Assembly: GCA_017463155.1 (NCBI GenBank)
Contig: JAFTPT010000036.1
Coordinates: forward strand, 1 to 32,000
Reading direction: 5' to 3'
DNA from: Blautia sp.
Lineage (GTDB): Bacteria; Bacillota; Clostridia; Lachnospirales; Lachnospiraceae
Length of the DNA stretch: 32,000 bases
Shown in pieces: positions 8,186 to 16,998 of this stretch. The notes under the pieces are model-generated. The model searched no databases and had not been told where the DNA came from. It saw only the letters and a program-made list of their open reading frames with translations. A program made the translations under genes and the position numbers. Each line of letters begins with the position of its first letter. Position 1 is the first letter of the stretch.

Positions 8186-10420
8186 TTACAAGCACTGCCC
8201 CCATTCCTGCACGCGCTGTTTCATTCCTTCCACATCCAATACCCCGTACGCGAATCCCTTGCGGACCAGCTCGGGCGGAACGAATTCGTCGTATTTTTCG
8301 AAGACGGGCACCTCGTTCTCGTAGACCAGCTCCAGCGGATCAAACGTCTCCTGTGCCTCCCCGCTGACGATCCGGTAGAATTCCTCCTCGCTGACCTGCA
8401 TGGTGAACTGCATATGGTAGGGACGGGAGGAATTCATGCCCTTGAGTCCCAGCCTTCTGCCGCAGCGCAGCTTCAGAAAACGCTCCAGCGCCAGGAAGGC
8501 GTAGCTTCCGAGCCACGGGAAAAGCGCCCACATCTTTCCGCCCAGATGAACGAGCGGCCGTTTGGACATGCGGGATTTTTGGAAGACCTCCCGCGCGTCC
8601 GAAAGACGGCAGACCGCATGGTTCATCAGGTACGGGTACTGCTTGTCCTCGGCGAGCACGCTGTACATGCGCTCCAGGATCCTCGTGTGGATATCGCCGG
8701 CCACATCGCCGAAATAGGCCGGAATATTGCCCTTGACCAGCGTACAGTATACGTCCCGGCGCTGGTGGTCCACTTCTTCGACGACCCAGACCCGGCCCGC
8801 GATCGCGATCTTGTCCCCGACGGGCGGCGGCTTGACGATGGTGCCCAGCTGCTCGCTGCCGGAACGGACGGTGTATTCAACATTCTCCTGGAATACCGCG
8901 TAAAACTTGTAGCTGCTGACCACGCGCTCCCCGCTGAGCCCGACGATCAGGCCCCCGTTCTCCGTGCGCTGGATGTGGTCAATGTCCAGCAGATGCCGCA
9001 GCAGGACGCGGTAATCATCCTGCGTGATCCGGTGAAAACAGTTCAGTGTCAGCACCCGCGATGCCAGCTCGGCGGGCGTCATCTCCCCACAGGAAGCCAG
9101 GGTGCTCATGGTCTGGTGGTACAGAAGACTGTAGGGCAGCCGGTCCGTGCGGGGCGGTTCCACGAACCGTTCCTCGATGTAGAGCTGCACCAGCGCGATC
9201 CCCTGGATCAGGTACCAGGGAATGCTGTCGGGAAGCATCGCCCGCGCCTCCGGGTGCTCCTCCCGCATCACAAACCACATCTCGGAGGGATCGCCCCGTC
9301 TGCCGGTCCTCCCCATCCGCTGCAGAAAGCCGGAGACGGTGAACGGCGCGTCGATATGAAAAGCCCTCTCCAGCCGGCCGATGTCGATACCGAGCTCCAG
9401 CGTGGCCGTCGCGCATACCGACATGAACGAATCATCGTCCTTCATCTCCTCCTCGGCGCTCTCCCGGTAGGAAGCGGACAGATTGCCGTGATGGATCAGA
9501 AAACGGTCCGGCTCATGGTTTGCCTCGCAGTACTGCCGGAGCTTCTGGCAGACGGCCTCGCACTCCTCCCGCGAATTGGTAAAGACCAGGCATTTTTTTC
9601 CTCTTGTATGCTCGAATATATAGCCGATGCCCGGATCGGCCGTGCGCGGCGCGGTGTCCGTAGGCAGCTCCTGCGGCGGCAGTTCTGCGGGAAGATCTTT
9701 TCCCTCGTCCGCCTGGGGATCCGAATTGAAAAAATGCTCCATCGAAAGCCGCCAGACCTCACGGCCTCCGTCAAACCGGGGGATGATCGTACCACGGCCG
9801 CTTCCCGCCGCCAGAAATTTACCGGCCTCCTCCGGATTTCCGATCGTTGCGGAGAGGCCGACCCGCCTGGGGCGGCAGTCCGCTATCCGGCACAGGCGCT
9901 CGATCAGGCAGAAGGTCTGCAGGCCTCTGTCCGCCCGCAGAAGGGAATGGATCTCATCGATCACGATGAACCGAAGGTCTCCGAACAGGGACGGGATCTC
10001 CATATGCTTGTTGATCAATAATGACTCCAGGGATTCCGGCGTGATCTGGAGGATGCCCGCCGGCTTTTTGAGAAGCTTTCGCTTTTTGGTCTGCGCCGCG
10101 TCCCCGTGCCAGCGCGTGACCGGGATGCCTTCCTCCTCGCAAAGCTCGTTCAGGCGGCCGAACTGGTCGTTGATGAGAGCCTTCAGCGGTGCGATGTAGA
10201 GCACCCCGACGGTCCGGGAGGGGTCCTCCTCGAGCATCGTCAGGATCGGAAAAAACGCGGCTTCCGTCTTGCCGGACGCGGTGGAAGCGGTCAGCAGAAC
10301 ATTCTCGTCCGAGCCGAACAGGGCTTCTCCCGCCGCGTTCTGCACGCCCCGCAGGCACTGCCAGCCGGAGCGGTAGATATAATCCTGTATAAAAGGAGCG
10401 TATCGTTCATACACATTCAT
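8186..10420 (-). CDS. sngC: Superfamily-2 DExH helicase, Lhr/BrxHI-like (Shango SngC-like)
   Basis: Motif I is TASTASGKTEAA, motif II VIDEIHSL, motif III LSATIGN and motif VI QRMGRTGRR. A ~300-aa C-terminal extension follows. The start overlaps the upstream stop as ATGA (10417-10420). Confidence 0.88.
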   Translation of the reverse strand: MNVYERYAPFIQDYIYRSGWQCLRGVQNAAGEALFGSDENVLLTASTASGKTEAAFFPILTMLEEDPSRTVGVLYIAPLKALINDQFGRLNELCEEEGIPVTRWHGDAAQTKKRKLLKKPAGILQITPESLESLLINKHMEIPSLFGDLRFIVIDEIHSLLRADRGLQTFCLIERLCRIADCRPRRVGLSATIGNPEEAGKFLAAGSGRGTIIPRFDGGREVWRLSMEHFFNSDPQADEGKDLPAELPPQELPTDTAPRTADPGIGYIFEHTRGKKCLVFTNSREECEAVCQKLRQYCEANHEPDRFLIHHGNLSASYRESAEEEMKDDDSFMSVCATATLELGIDIGRLERAFHIDAPFTVSGFLQRMGRTGRRGDPSEMWFVMREEHPEARAMLPDSIPWYLIQGIALVQLYIEERFVEPPRTDRLPYSLLYHQTMSTLASCGEMTPAELASRVLTLNCFHRITQDDYRVLLRHLLDIDHIQRTENGGLIVGLSGERVVSSYKFYAVFQENVEYTVRSGSEQLGTIVKPPPVGDKIAIAGRVWVVEEVDHQRRDVYCTLVKGNIPAYFGDVAGDIHTRILERMYSVLAEDKQYPYLMNHAVCRLSDAREVFQKSRMSKRPLVHLGGKMWALFPWLGSYAFLALERFLKLRCGRRLGLKGMNSSRPYHMQFTMQVSEEEFYRIVSGEAQETFDPLELVYENEVPVFEKYDEFVPPELVRKGFAYGVLDVEGMKQRVQEWGQCL

Positions 10421-11751
10421 AGCGTGAACTCCACATAGCCTGGCGCCGCGTCGTCGGAGACGGCCTCGGAGCCGGCGTAGGAAAACTCATCGGATTCGAG
10501 AAGTGAAAGGAGCTGCATGCCCGGGTTCTGATACAGAAGATCCAGAAGCTCGATAAAATCCCGGATCACCTCCCGCGGGGTGATGTTCTGGTCCGCCCCG
10601 ATCCGCCCGTATTCGATCCTGATAAAGCCGGCCAGATCGTCGGTGGTGATGCTCCTTTCATATCCGTACAGGCCGGCATGCATATCCGCCAGCTTTTCGC
10701 AGAGCACCAGCATCTCCTCCGCCGTCAAAGGTTCCAGACGAATGACGGGAGCCAGCAGATCCCTGGCGCCGGGCTTCGAAAAACGCCCTTCCGCCAGCCT
10801 GGACCTTAGTGCCTCATAGCTGTAGATGCCTCTCCGCTTGTCCTCCAGAGCCTGGGGCGTGGCGCCCATGATGATCCCGAGATACCGGGCCTTGCCCTGC
10901 AGGGTGTCGTTGTACATGGTCAGCATTTTTTCGTAGTTGTACTGCCTCGTGATCGAGTTCGGGATCTTGTAGATGTTCACCAGCTCATCGATCATGATCA
11001 TCATGCCCGCGTATCCGGCCAGGCGGAAGAACACGGCAAACAGCTTGAGATACTCGTACCAGTCGTCATCCGTGATGATCATGTTGACACCGAGGGCTTC
11101 CTTTGCCTCGGTCTTTGTCGCGTATTCCCCGCGGAACCAGCGCAGGACCTTCAGCTTCTCCTCTTCCTCCCCGTTCACGTAGGAACGGTAGTAGGCGGAA
11201 AGAAGCTTTGCGAACTCAAATCCGTGGACCAGCTCGCTGACGGAGGAGGTCACGGCGAAGATCTTCCGGTCCGTCGCGGCCGAAAGAGCCGGATCCTCCG
11301 CAGACAGCCCGGTCTCCTGCATCGCCTCGCTCTGCACCGCGCTGATCCAGCGGTCCAGCACCAGGGAGAGGGCTCCTCCCTCCGGCTTTGTCTTTGTCGA
11401 GAGATTGCCGATCAGCTCCCGGTAGGTGGCCAGACCCTGTCCCCGGGTCCCCTGCAGGCGCCGTTCGGGTGAAAGATCTGCGTCCGCCACGATAAAGTCC
11501 CTGTCCATCACGTAGTTGCGGATCGTCTGCAGCAGAAAGCTCTTGCCGGAGCCGTAGCGTCCGACGATAAAGCGGAAGGAGGCTCCTCCCTCGGCGATGA
11601 TGTCCACATCGTGGAGAAGGGCTTCGATCTCGTTCTTCCGTCCGACCGTGATGTAGGGCAGGCCGATGCGCGGCACGACGCCGCCCTTCAGGGAATTCAG
11701 CACCGTCCGGGAGATCCGTTTGGGTACCTTTGGGTTGTCGGTCATGGTCAT
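10417..11751 (-). CDS. sngB: P-loop ATPase of the DUF2791/BrxD type (Shango SngB-like)
   Basis: Walker A is VGRYGSGKSF and Walker B MMIMIDELVN. The N-terminal region (LNSLKGGVVPRIGLPYITVGR) is typical of DUF2791 as I recall it. ATGA overlaps occur at both ends (10417-10420 and 11748-11751). Confidence 0.85.
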   Translation of the reverse strand: MTMTDNPKVPKRISRTVLNSLKGGVVPRIGLPYITVGRKNEIEALLHDVDIIAEGGASFRFIVGRYGSGKSFLLQTIRNYVMDRDFIVADADLSPERRLQGTRGQGLATYRELIGNLSTKTKPEGGALSLVLDRWISAVQSEAMQETGLSAEDPALSAATDRKIFAVTSSVSELVHGFEFAKLLSAYYRSYVNGEEEEKLKVLRWFRGEYATKTEAKEALGVNMIITDDDWYEYLKLFAVFFRLAGYAGMMIMIDELVNIYKIPNSITRQYNYEKMLTMYNDTLQGKARYLGIIMGATPQALEDKRRGIYSYEALRSRLAEGRFSKPGARDLLAPVIRLEPLTAEEMLVLCEKLADMHAGLYGYERSITTDDLAGFIRIEYGRIGADQNITPREVIRDFIELLDLLYQNPGMQLLSLLESDEFSYAGSEAVSDDAAPGYVEFTL

Positions 11752-13418
11752 GTTCCTCCAAGTATATGTTCGATCTCTTCGATATAATCCTCAACCAGGG
11801 ACAGATGATCATCCTCACAGAGGAGCACCGTATCCCCGATCTCGTCAAAAAAGGCTTCATTGATCTCATCCGCCATGATGGAAGGCATCAGGTGTGCGGA
11901 CCGTACCAGGTCATCGGCGTCGTCTCCCGAAAGAAGAGCGCGGAGGATCCGTGTCTGGATGCCGGTGAGGGGAAGATCCGGATCCGCAGCCGGCTCCGTC
12001 TCTGCATTTCTGCCCGCTGCTTCCGTGGATCCGCCGCCTTCGGTTTCCACGTCTCCGCCATAGAGTTCTTCCTTCCGTTCCGCCTCCGCAAGCTCCTCCT
12101 CTACAAGAAGGCTGTTCTGCGTCACCAGGGCGTCCCTGCGGATCCGGTCAAGATCCGAAAGATCGATGGTGATCTTCGGTCTGGCCGCCTCGATGACGGC
12201 GCGCTTATCCTCCTCGATCGCGGCACTGATGTAGGGAGCCGCCCAGGCATCCGCTTCTTTTTCACGCAGGCAGCGGCCGGTCTTCAGATACCGGCGAAGC
12301 AGAAGATCCGCCTCGTGAAGAAAGCCCTGGAGCCTTTCTTTGTCATAATACAGTTTATCATAGGCTACCACCTGCCAGACGCCGTCCCGGCGCCGGTAGG
12401 TGCGGCATTCGTTCAATTGCCAGGTCCGGTCTCTCCGTCCGTCCTGCCAGTAGTAGACGGCGTTCGAGAACGGGTACCATCTCCTTGTGATCTGCTCCCC
12501 AAAGCACTGGGTGAACAGGTCTTTGTCCTTCCGGCGATATGCCGCGGCTGCCTTTCTCCACGCTTCGCTGAAAAGATGCATTCCTCGCTCCGGATCAGCC
12601 GTGAGCACCGGAGACTCCTCCTGCTTTGCCCTGCCGAATGCGCAGAGCGCCCGGAAGACTTCCTCGTCGGTATAAGAATCCGGGGTCCGGAGGATCGCGA
12701 TCGAGGCATCGCTATGCAGCAGATCATGATCGATGTAGGGCAGGGCCTCCTCCGGTGAAAGCTCATTCACGACAACAAAGGACAGCATCCACCGGTTCAG
12801 GTTCTGGCGCATCCGGGCATTTCCGAAGCCCCGGTCGAGAAAGCCTTTTTCGAATTCCCGGAGCTTCTGCAGACTGTCCTGCGGGGAATCCGCACCGATC
12901 CCGTTCAAAAGCTCATAGAGATAGATATAGGCCGCGGAGGCCGTGATCGGCTGCCAGTCGCCGCGCCGGATATGCGTACGCCAGGAAAAATAGCCCCGCA
13001 GCTGATACGTGGTCAGATCATGGTAGGTCGGATAATAACAGACGAATTCCCCGGCCCACGGCGCTTCGTCCTCGAAATCCTCCATGAACTTCCCCTGGCG
13101 GTAAAAATTCGCGGCCCTCGCCTCCATCGACTCCCTTCCGTACTCGTACAGATGACGCATCTGCCGGAGCTTTTCGGGGATCTCCTGCCGGACTGGCCTG
13201 GGAACAGCGTCAAAAGGAAGCCTTGTATCCTGGTAGACAGTGGCAGCCGGAGCAGGCTCTGCCTCCAGCACGACGGTATAACCGTGCTGTCCGCCCGGAT
13301 CATTCTCTTCTCTGTCCTGCTCCCTGGTCCGGGGCCCCTCCCACTCCTCAAACGGGCGCCCCGGCAGGTCTGTCCTGCCGTTTTGCATATCCTGAACTCC
13401 TGCTCCTCCGCTCATCAA
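11748..13418 (-). CDS. sngA: TerB-N / TerB-C domain protein (Shango SngA-like)
   Basis: A TerB-N-like segment reads FVCYYPTYHDLTTYQLRGYFSWRTHIRRG. A TerB-C-like tail reads LMPSIMADEINEAFFDEIGDTVLLCEDD. The ORF opens with TTG ATG at 13418/13415 without an SD. ATG 13388 (MQNGRT) is preceded by GGAGCAGGAG with 8-nt spacing and may be the true start. Confidence 0.82.
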   Translation of the reverse strand: MMSGGAGVQDMQNGRTDLPGRPFEEWEGPRTREQDREENDPGGQHGYTVVLEAEPAPAATVYQDTRLPFDAVPRPVRQEIPEKLRQMRHLYEYGRESMEARAANFYRQGKFMEDFEDEAPWAGEFVCYYPTYHDLTTYQLRGYFSWRTHIRRGDWQPITASAAYIYLYELLNGIGADSPQDSLQKLREFEKGFLDRGFGNARMRQNLNRWMLSFVVVNELSPEEALPYIDHDLLHSDASIAILRTPDSYTDEEVFRALCAFGRAKQEESPVLTADPERGMHLFSEAWRKAAAAYRRKDKDLFTQCFGEQITRRWYPFSNAVYYWQDGRRDRTWQLNECRTYRRRDGVWQVVAYDKLYYDKERLQGFLHEADLLLRRYLKTGRCLREKEADAWAAPYISAAIEEDKRAVIEAARPKITIDLSDLDRIRRDALVTQNSLLVEEELAEAERKEELYGGDVETEGGGSTEAAGRNAETEPAADPDLPLTGIQTRILRALLSGDDADDLVRSAHLMPSIMADEINEAFFDEIGDTVLLCEDDHLSLVEDYIEEIEHILGGT

Positions 13419-13436
13419 TGGCCTATCATGGTCATA

Positions 13437-13464
13437 ATGATACCATACTTCCCGTTTGTTGTAA
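13437..13464 (-). promoter_or_regulatory. Putative promoter of the three-gene module
   Basis: On the minus strand: TTACAA (13464-13459), 16-nt spacer, TATCAT (13442-13437). Confidence 0.3.
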
Positions 13465-13521
13465 GCATTTTTGTTTGCCGGCGGGCGGGGTGGAGCCTGC
13501 TTTTCTGAAACAGGTGGGTAT

Positions 13522-13551
13522 AAAAAAGGGACGGTTCCAAGAACCGTCCCC
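13522..13551 (-). terminator. Intrinsic terminator of the glucokinase gene
   Basis: GGGACGGTTC (13528-13537), loop caa, GAACCGTCCC (13541-13550). On the minus strand the stem is followed by TTTTTT (complement of 13522-13527). Confidence 0.85.
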
Positions 13552-13575
13552 TCGTTCCACTCGTTCTACCGTCCT

Positions 13576-14541
13576 TTATTTCTGTGCTTCTTCGATCATG
13601 GAGAGTGCTCCGTACAGGATGGAGTCGTCGCCGAGATCCGCGATCTTCAGCTCCACCGTGGTGCGGATCGACGGCATGCAGTACCGGTCGACCTCCTTCA
13701 GGATCTTTTTGAGGAAGATATCGCCCACGGCCTCGATCACACCGCCGCCGTAGACCACGACGTCCGGGCTGAAGGTATTGATCATGTTTCCGGTGGCCAC
13801 CGCCAGATAATGGCAGGCACGGTCCACGGCTTCCGAGGCCACGTCGTCCTTCTCGGCCAAAGCCTTTTTCAGGATCTTGCTCTTAAACACGCCGTTCTCG
13901 ATCTTTCCTTCCATGAGACTCTTGCGGCCGCGGTTCATCTGTTCGGTGATGTAGGCGGTCATGCCCTTCTTGCTGGAGAAGGCCTCGAGGCAGCCGCGCT
14001 GTCCGCAGTTGCACAGCGGTCCCTCCGGATCCAGGATCAGGTGACCGTACTCCGCGGCTTTGAAGCCGTTTCCGGTAAAGAGCTGATCATTCAGGATCAG
14101 TCCGCCGCCCATGCCGGTGCCGACAAAGAATCCGACCACGTTGTGATAGCCTCTGGCAGCTCCGTGGGTATACTCACCCAGCACACCGACGTTGACGTCG
14201 TTGCCGATAAAGAACGGAACGCCGAATTTCTTTTCGATGGGGGTGCGGATATCGTAGTCACGCCAGGGCAGGTTCGGCGAGAAAAGCACGATGCCCGCGC
14301 CGGAGTCGATGACGCCGGGCGCACCGGCCGCGATCGCGTTGACATCCTTTGTCTTGATGCCGGATTCGCTGATCATCTCCTCAACCACGCTGATGATCAC
14401 CTTTTCCACGTTGGCGGAATCATCCCCGCCTTCTTTTGTCTTCTTTTTGAGGCGGTAGATGATCTCCTCCTTCTCGTTGAAGATCGCGCCAAGCACCTTG
14501 GTACCGCCGATATCGAGGCAGATATTGTATTTTTTCGCCAT
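13576..14541 (-). CDS. glcK: ROK-family glucokinase
   Basis: N-terminal ICLDIGGTKVLGA (ATP-binding motif), the ROK zinc motif CNCGQRGCLEAF, and length 321 aa. AGGAGGGGAAATCA lies upstream of the ATG. Confidence 0.9.
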   Translation of the reverse strand: MAKKYNICLDIGGTKVLGAIFNEKEEIIYRLKKKTKEGGDDSANVEKVIISVVEEMISESGIKTKDVNAIAAGAPGVIDSGAGIVLFSPNLPWRDYDIRTPIEKKFGVPFFIGNDVNVGVLGEYTHGAARGYHNVVGFFVGTGMGGGLILNDQLFTGNGFKAAEYGHLILDPEGPLCNCGQRGCLEAFSSKKGMTAYITEQMNRGRKSLMEGKIENGVFKSKILKKALAEKDDVASEAVDRACHYLAVATGNMINTFSPDVVVYGGGVIEAVGDIFLKKILKEVDRYCMPSIRTTVELKIADLGDDSILYGALSMIEEAQK

Positions 14542-14615
14542 TGATTTCCCCTCCTTCTCACGTAAACAGATCCTGAATGACCTGCCGCTTTTACAGCAAT
14601 ATGCTTCCTGACCTT

Positions 14616-14643
14616 ATGATAGCACATTTTTCATGCATTGTAA
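14616..14643 (-). promoter_or_regulatory. Putative promoter of glcK
   Basis: On the minus strand: TTACAA (14643-14638), 16-nt spacer ending in TGC, TATCAT (14621-14616). This amounts to an extended -10. Confidence 0.35.
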
Positions 14644-14659
14644 GCATGGAATATGCTCT

Positions 14660-16420
14660 CTATGGCCTTCTGTACCGGTTAAAGCACCCGTAGATCTCCT
14701 GCACACGTGGGATTGCGAAGCCGCCGGCCACATAACCGCCCTCCCGGAAAACAGCCGTTCCCTCCTTTGCAAGGCGGTCCGCCAGGATCTCCACAATCTC
14801 CGGCAGCGTCTTTTTCCGGTCGATCATGCCTTCGTACGCCATCTTAAGAAGATATGCCAGTGCCGCCGTCTGCTCGCTGTCGCAGAGCTGCTCCAGCGCC
14901 TTCAGATCCACTTCCTCATGTCCCAGGGAAAACCCGTCCCGGCCATGGACCTTTGTCTTCATACGTTCCGGCCGGGCAACGGTGTCGCCGTAGTAGTTCC
15001 TGCGGGTCTTCGACTCCTCATGCTTTGTCATGACGCGTTTATGGCTCGAAGCAGCTGCCATAATACCGGCCTCTACGGCCTTTTCCCTTCCTGTCCGGGC
15101 CGCAGCTGTATCTGCCAGCGGGTATTCCCCGCACAGGCCCCGCACCTCCTCCGTGATGTCCTTCGGCTGATAGGCGTCCATCTGGATCACCGTATCCGCC
15201 ACATGGAAGAACGCGCCGGAGGATCCCGCCACCAGGATCGTGGAGATCCCGGCCTGCTCATACAGACCTCGCACCCGCTCGAGGAAAGGCGTGATCGGTT
15301 CCTTTTCGGGAGCGATCACCCGCTGCATAAAGGCATCCCGCACCATGAAATTGGCCGCGGAGGTATCCTCATCCAGCAGAAAAAGCCGGCTTCCGGCCTC
15401 CGCTCCTTCAACGATCCCGGCCGCCTGCGAGGTACTGCCGCTTGCGTCCTCCGTGCAGAAGCATTTCGTATCCTTCCCGTTCGGCAGGTGATTGATGAAC
15501 AGGGAAATATCCACATCCTTGATAAACCGGCCGTCCTCCGCCCGGAGCTTCAGGGCTGTCTCATCCGTGACCACATATTCCCGGCCGTCCCCGGCGATAT
15601 GGTCATACACGCCGTTCTGCAGCGCCAGAAGAAGCGTGGATTTTCCGTGATAGCCGCCGCCCACGATCAGGGTGACACCGCAGGGGATCCCCATGCCGGA
15701 GATCTTTCCCTTGTGGGGCAGTTCCGCCGTGACCCGCAGCGTCTCCGGAGACTTGAAAACGACCGCATTCTTCATCGGTTTCGCGGACACGCCGCTCTCC
15801 CGGGGAAGAACGGCCCCGTCCGCCACGAAGGCCGCCAGATGGTTTTCCCGCAGAAACATCCTGAGCGCAGCCTGATCCTCCCGAAGCTCCATGTGTGCCT
15901 GCAGCCGCTCCTTCTGCTGGTTCTGAAAGAGAAACGCCGCCGGGATCCCCTTCGGGAGCAGCTCGAACAGGATCTTGTCCAGCTCCTTCGCGTCGATCGT
16001 GCGGCCCCTGGCCGGAAAGCCCACCGAGAACCGGACGCAGATCTCCTTCTCCGTCACACAGCAGGCGCTCCGATCCAGGATCTCCTGGCCGCAGCGGCTG
16101 ACGGCGATGAGCCCGCTCTTACCGGAGCCCCTGGCCTGGAAGGAGAGCTTCGCCACCGCATTCCCGAACTGCCGCAGCAGATAGTCGGCGAGGCTTGTGC
16201 GGCTCAGCCGGTCCTTATAATAGTCTGCCGGAAAACCGGCCTTCTCCATCGGAAAACGCACCGTCACATGGGACGGCGCCGCAAAAGGATCCCCCTGCAC
16301 ATGATCGATGGATAAAACATAGTCTGTAAAACGATATTCTCCCTTCAGGGATTTGTACGCGGGGTAGCTTTTGTGGTCGATCGACCGCAGCTCCTCCCGC
16401 AGCTGTGCTGCTGTTTTCAT
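14660..16420 (-). CDS. ABC-class ATPase domain protein (PF09818/COG3044-like), function unknown
   Basis: N-terminal IDHKSYPAYKSLKGEYRF and SIDHVQGDPFAAPS, Walker A GGGYHGKSTLL and Walker B FLLDEDTSAANFM. AGGAGAATAAGACA lies upstream of the ATG. Confidence 0.9.
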   Translation of the reverse strand: MKTAAQLREELRSIDHKSYPAYKSLKGEYRFTDYVLSIDHVQGDPFAAPSHVTVRFPMEKAGFPADYYKDRLSRTSLADYLLRQFGNAVAKLSFQARGSGKSGLIAVSRCGQEILDRSACCVTEKEICVRFSVGFPARGRTIDAKELDKILFELLPKGIPAAFLFQNQQKERLQAHMELREDQAALRMFLRENHLAAFVADGAVLPRESGVSAKPMKNAVVFKSPETLRVTAELPHKGKISGMGIPCGVTLIVGGGYHGKSTLLLALQNGVYDHIAGDGREYVVTDETALKLRAEDGRFIKDVDISLFINHLPNGKDTKCFCTEDASGSTSQAAGIVEGAEAGSRLFLLDEDTSAANFMVRDAFMQRVIAPEKEPITPFLERVRGLYEQAGISTILVAGSSGAFFHVADTVIQMDAYQPKDITEEVRGLCGEYPLADTAAARTGREKAVEAGIMAAASSHKRVMTKHEESKTRRNYYGDTVARPERMKTKVHGRDGFSLGHEEVDLKALEQLCDSEQTAALAYLLKMAYEGMIDRKKTLPEIVEILADRLAKEGTAVFREGGYVAGGFAIPRVQEIYGCFNRYRRP

Positions 16421-16513
16421 TGTCTTATTCTCCTACTGGACATCGATCTGCCGTGTTTTATTATCTCCTGTATATTATATCATCACAATCATCACAATTC
16501 ACTAGAAATAGTA

Positions 16514-16542
16514 TTGCTTTTTCTTTGATTTTGATGTATATT
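16514..16542 (+). promoter_or_regulatory. Putative sigma-A promoter of a short orphan transcript
   Basis: TTGCTT (16514-16519), 17-nt spacer, TATATT (16537-16542). Confidence 0.35.
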
Positions 16543-16548
16543 AACTTC

Positions 16549-16627
16549 ACTGAAATCGTTGATTTCATTTGGGCTGGTCGAGAGACCCAGGTCCATCATG
16601 GGCGGGGAAGTTCCCCGCCATTTTTTT
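16549..16627 (+). ncRNA. Candidate ~75-80-nt small RNA or leader (three hairpins, the last a terminator)
   Basis: Hairpin 1 is GAAATC-gtt-GATTTC (16552-16566). Hairpin 2 is CTGGTC-GAGA-GACCCAG (16574-16590, one bulge, GNRA loop). Hairpin 3 is GGCGGGG-AAGTT-CCCCGCC followed by T7. No class was recognised. Confidence 0.3.
16601..16627 (+). terminator. Intrinsic terminator (plus strand)
   Basis: GGCGGGG (16601-16607), loop AAGTT, CCCCGCC (16613-16619), then A plus TTTTTTT (16621-16627). Confidence 0.7.
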
Positions 16628-16652
16628 ATAATCAAGAGGTGATCCTTATTGA

Positions 16653-16894
16653 AAGAACTCAGCTCCCATCATTCGCAAAGAAGAAATCTATTCAGAAATG
16701 AGTATCGATGAAAGAAGGCGCATCTTCAATAAGATGGCAGCTTTCATTCGTCAGATTGATATACGGTACAAATGTTTTTTTATCGAAAGGCGCCATATAG
16801 AGGATGTTCCAAATCTGAAAGAATGTTCTTCGGGAATATTCGAGATCTGAAAAAGAATTATCTCAAACCTCTTAGTAAAAAAGAATGGTCTTAA
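16653..16894 (+). pseudogene. 5'-truncated, frameshifted remnant of a DUF3800-like gene
   Basis: The frame opening at 16653 reads KNSAPIIRKEEIYSEMSIDERRRIFNKMAAFIRQIDIRYKCFFIERRHIEDV, with a stop at 16848. A shifted frame continues as KKNYLKPLSKKEWS*. The region is AT-rich. The family call is from memory of DUF3800 sequences. Confidence 0.4.
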
Positions 16895-16925
16895 TTGATT
16901 ATTCCTCTAGTAATTACCACGCACA

Positions 16926-16960
16926 ACGCCCGCAGGGGATTTTTCTTCCCCTGCGGGCGT
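16926..16960 (-). terminator. 14-bp perfect hairpin downstream of the ABC operon (no clear U-tract)
   Basis: ACGCCCGCAGGGGA (16926-16939), 7-nt loop, TCCCCTGCGGGCGT (16947-16960). It lies 39 nt past the stop at 16999. Confidence 0.5.
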
Positions 16961-16998
16961 TCATGAAAAAGGAGAACTGACAACTGGTCATGCAGCTG

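Noticed and set aside
8414-10021. 535-aa plus-strand ORF antisense to the helicase. The same class includes 2928-4220, 7140-8324, 11730-12758, 13471-14544, 16990-18162, 19763-20743, 20763-21764, 21979-23361, 23817-25145 and 25421-26719.
   Set aside because: All of these mirror strongly motif-supported genes on the other strand. They have arginine/proline/glycine/histidine-rich low-complexity products and lack SD sequences. They are treated as artefacts of high GC content.
14633-16315. 560-aa plus-strand ORF opposite the ABC-class ATPase gene
   Set aside because: The opposite-strand product carries clear Walker A/B motifs and family-specific N-terminal strings. This ORF has none, and its composition is that of a shadow ORF.
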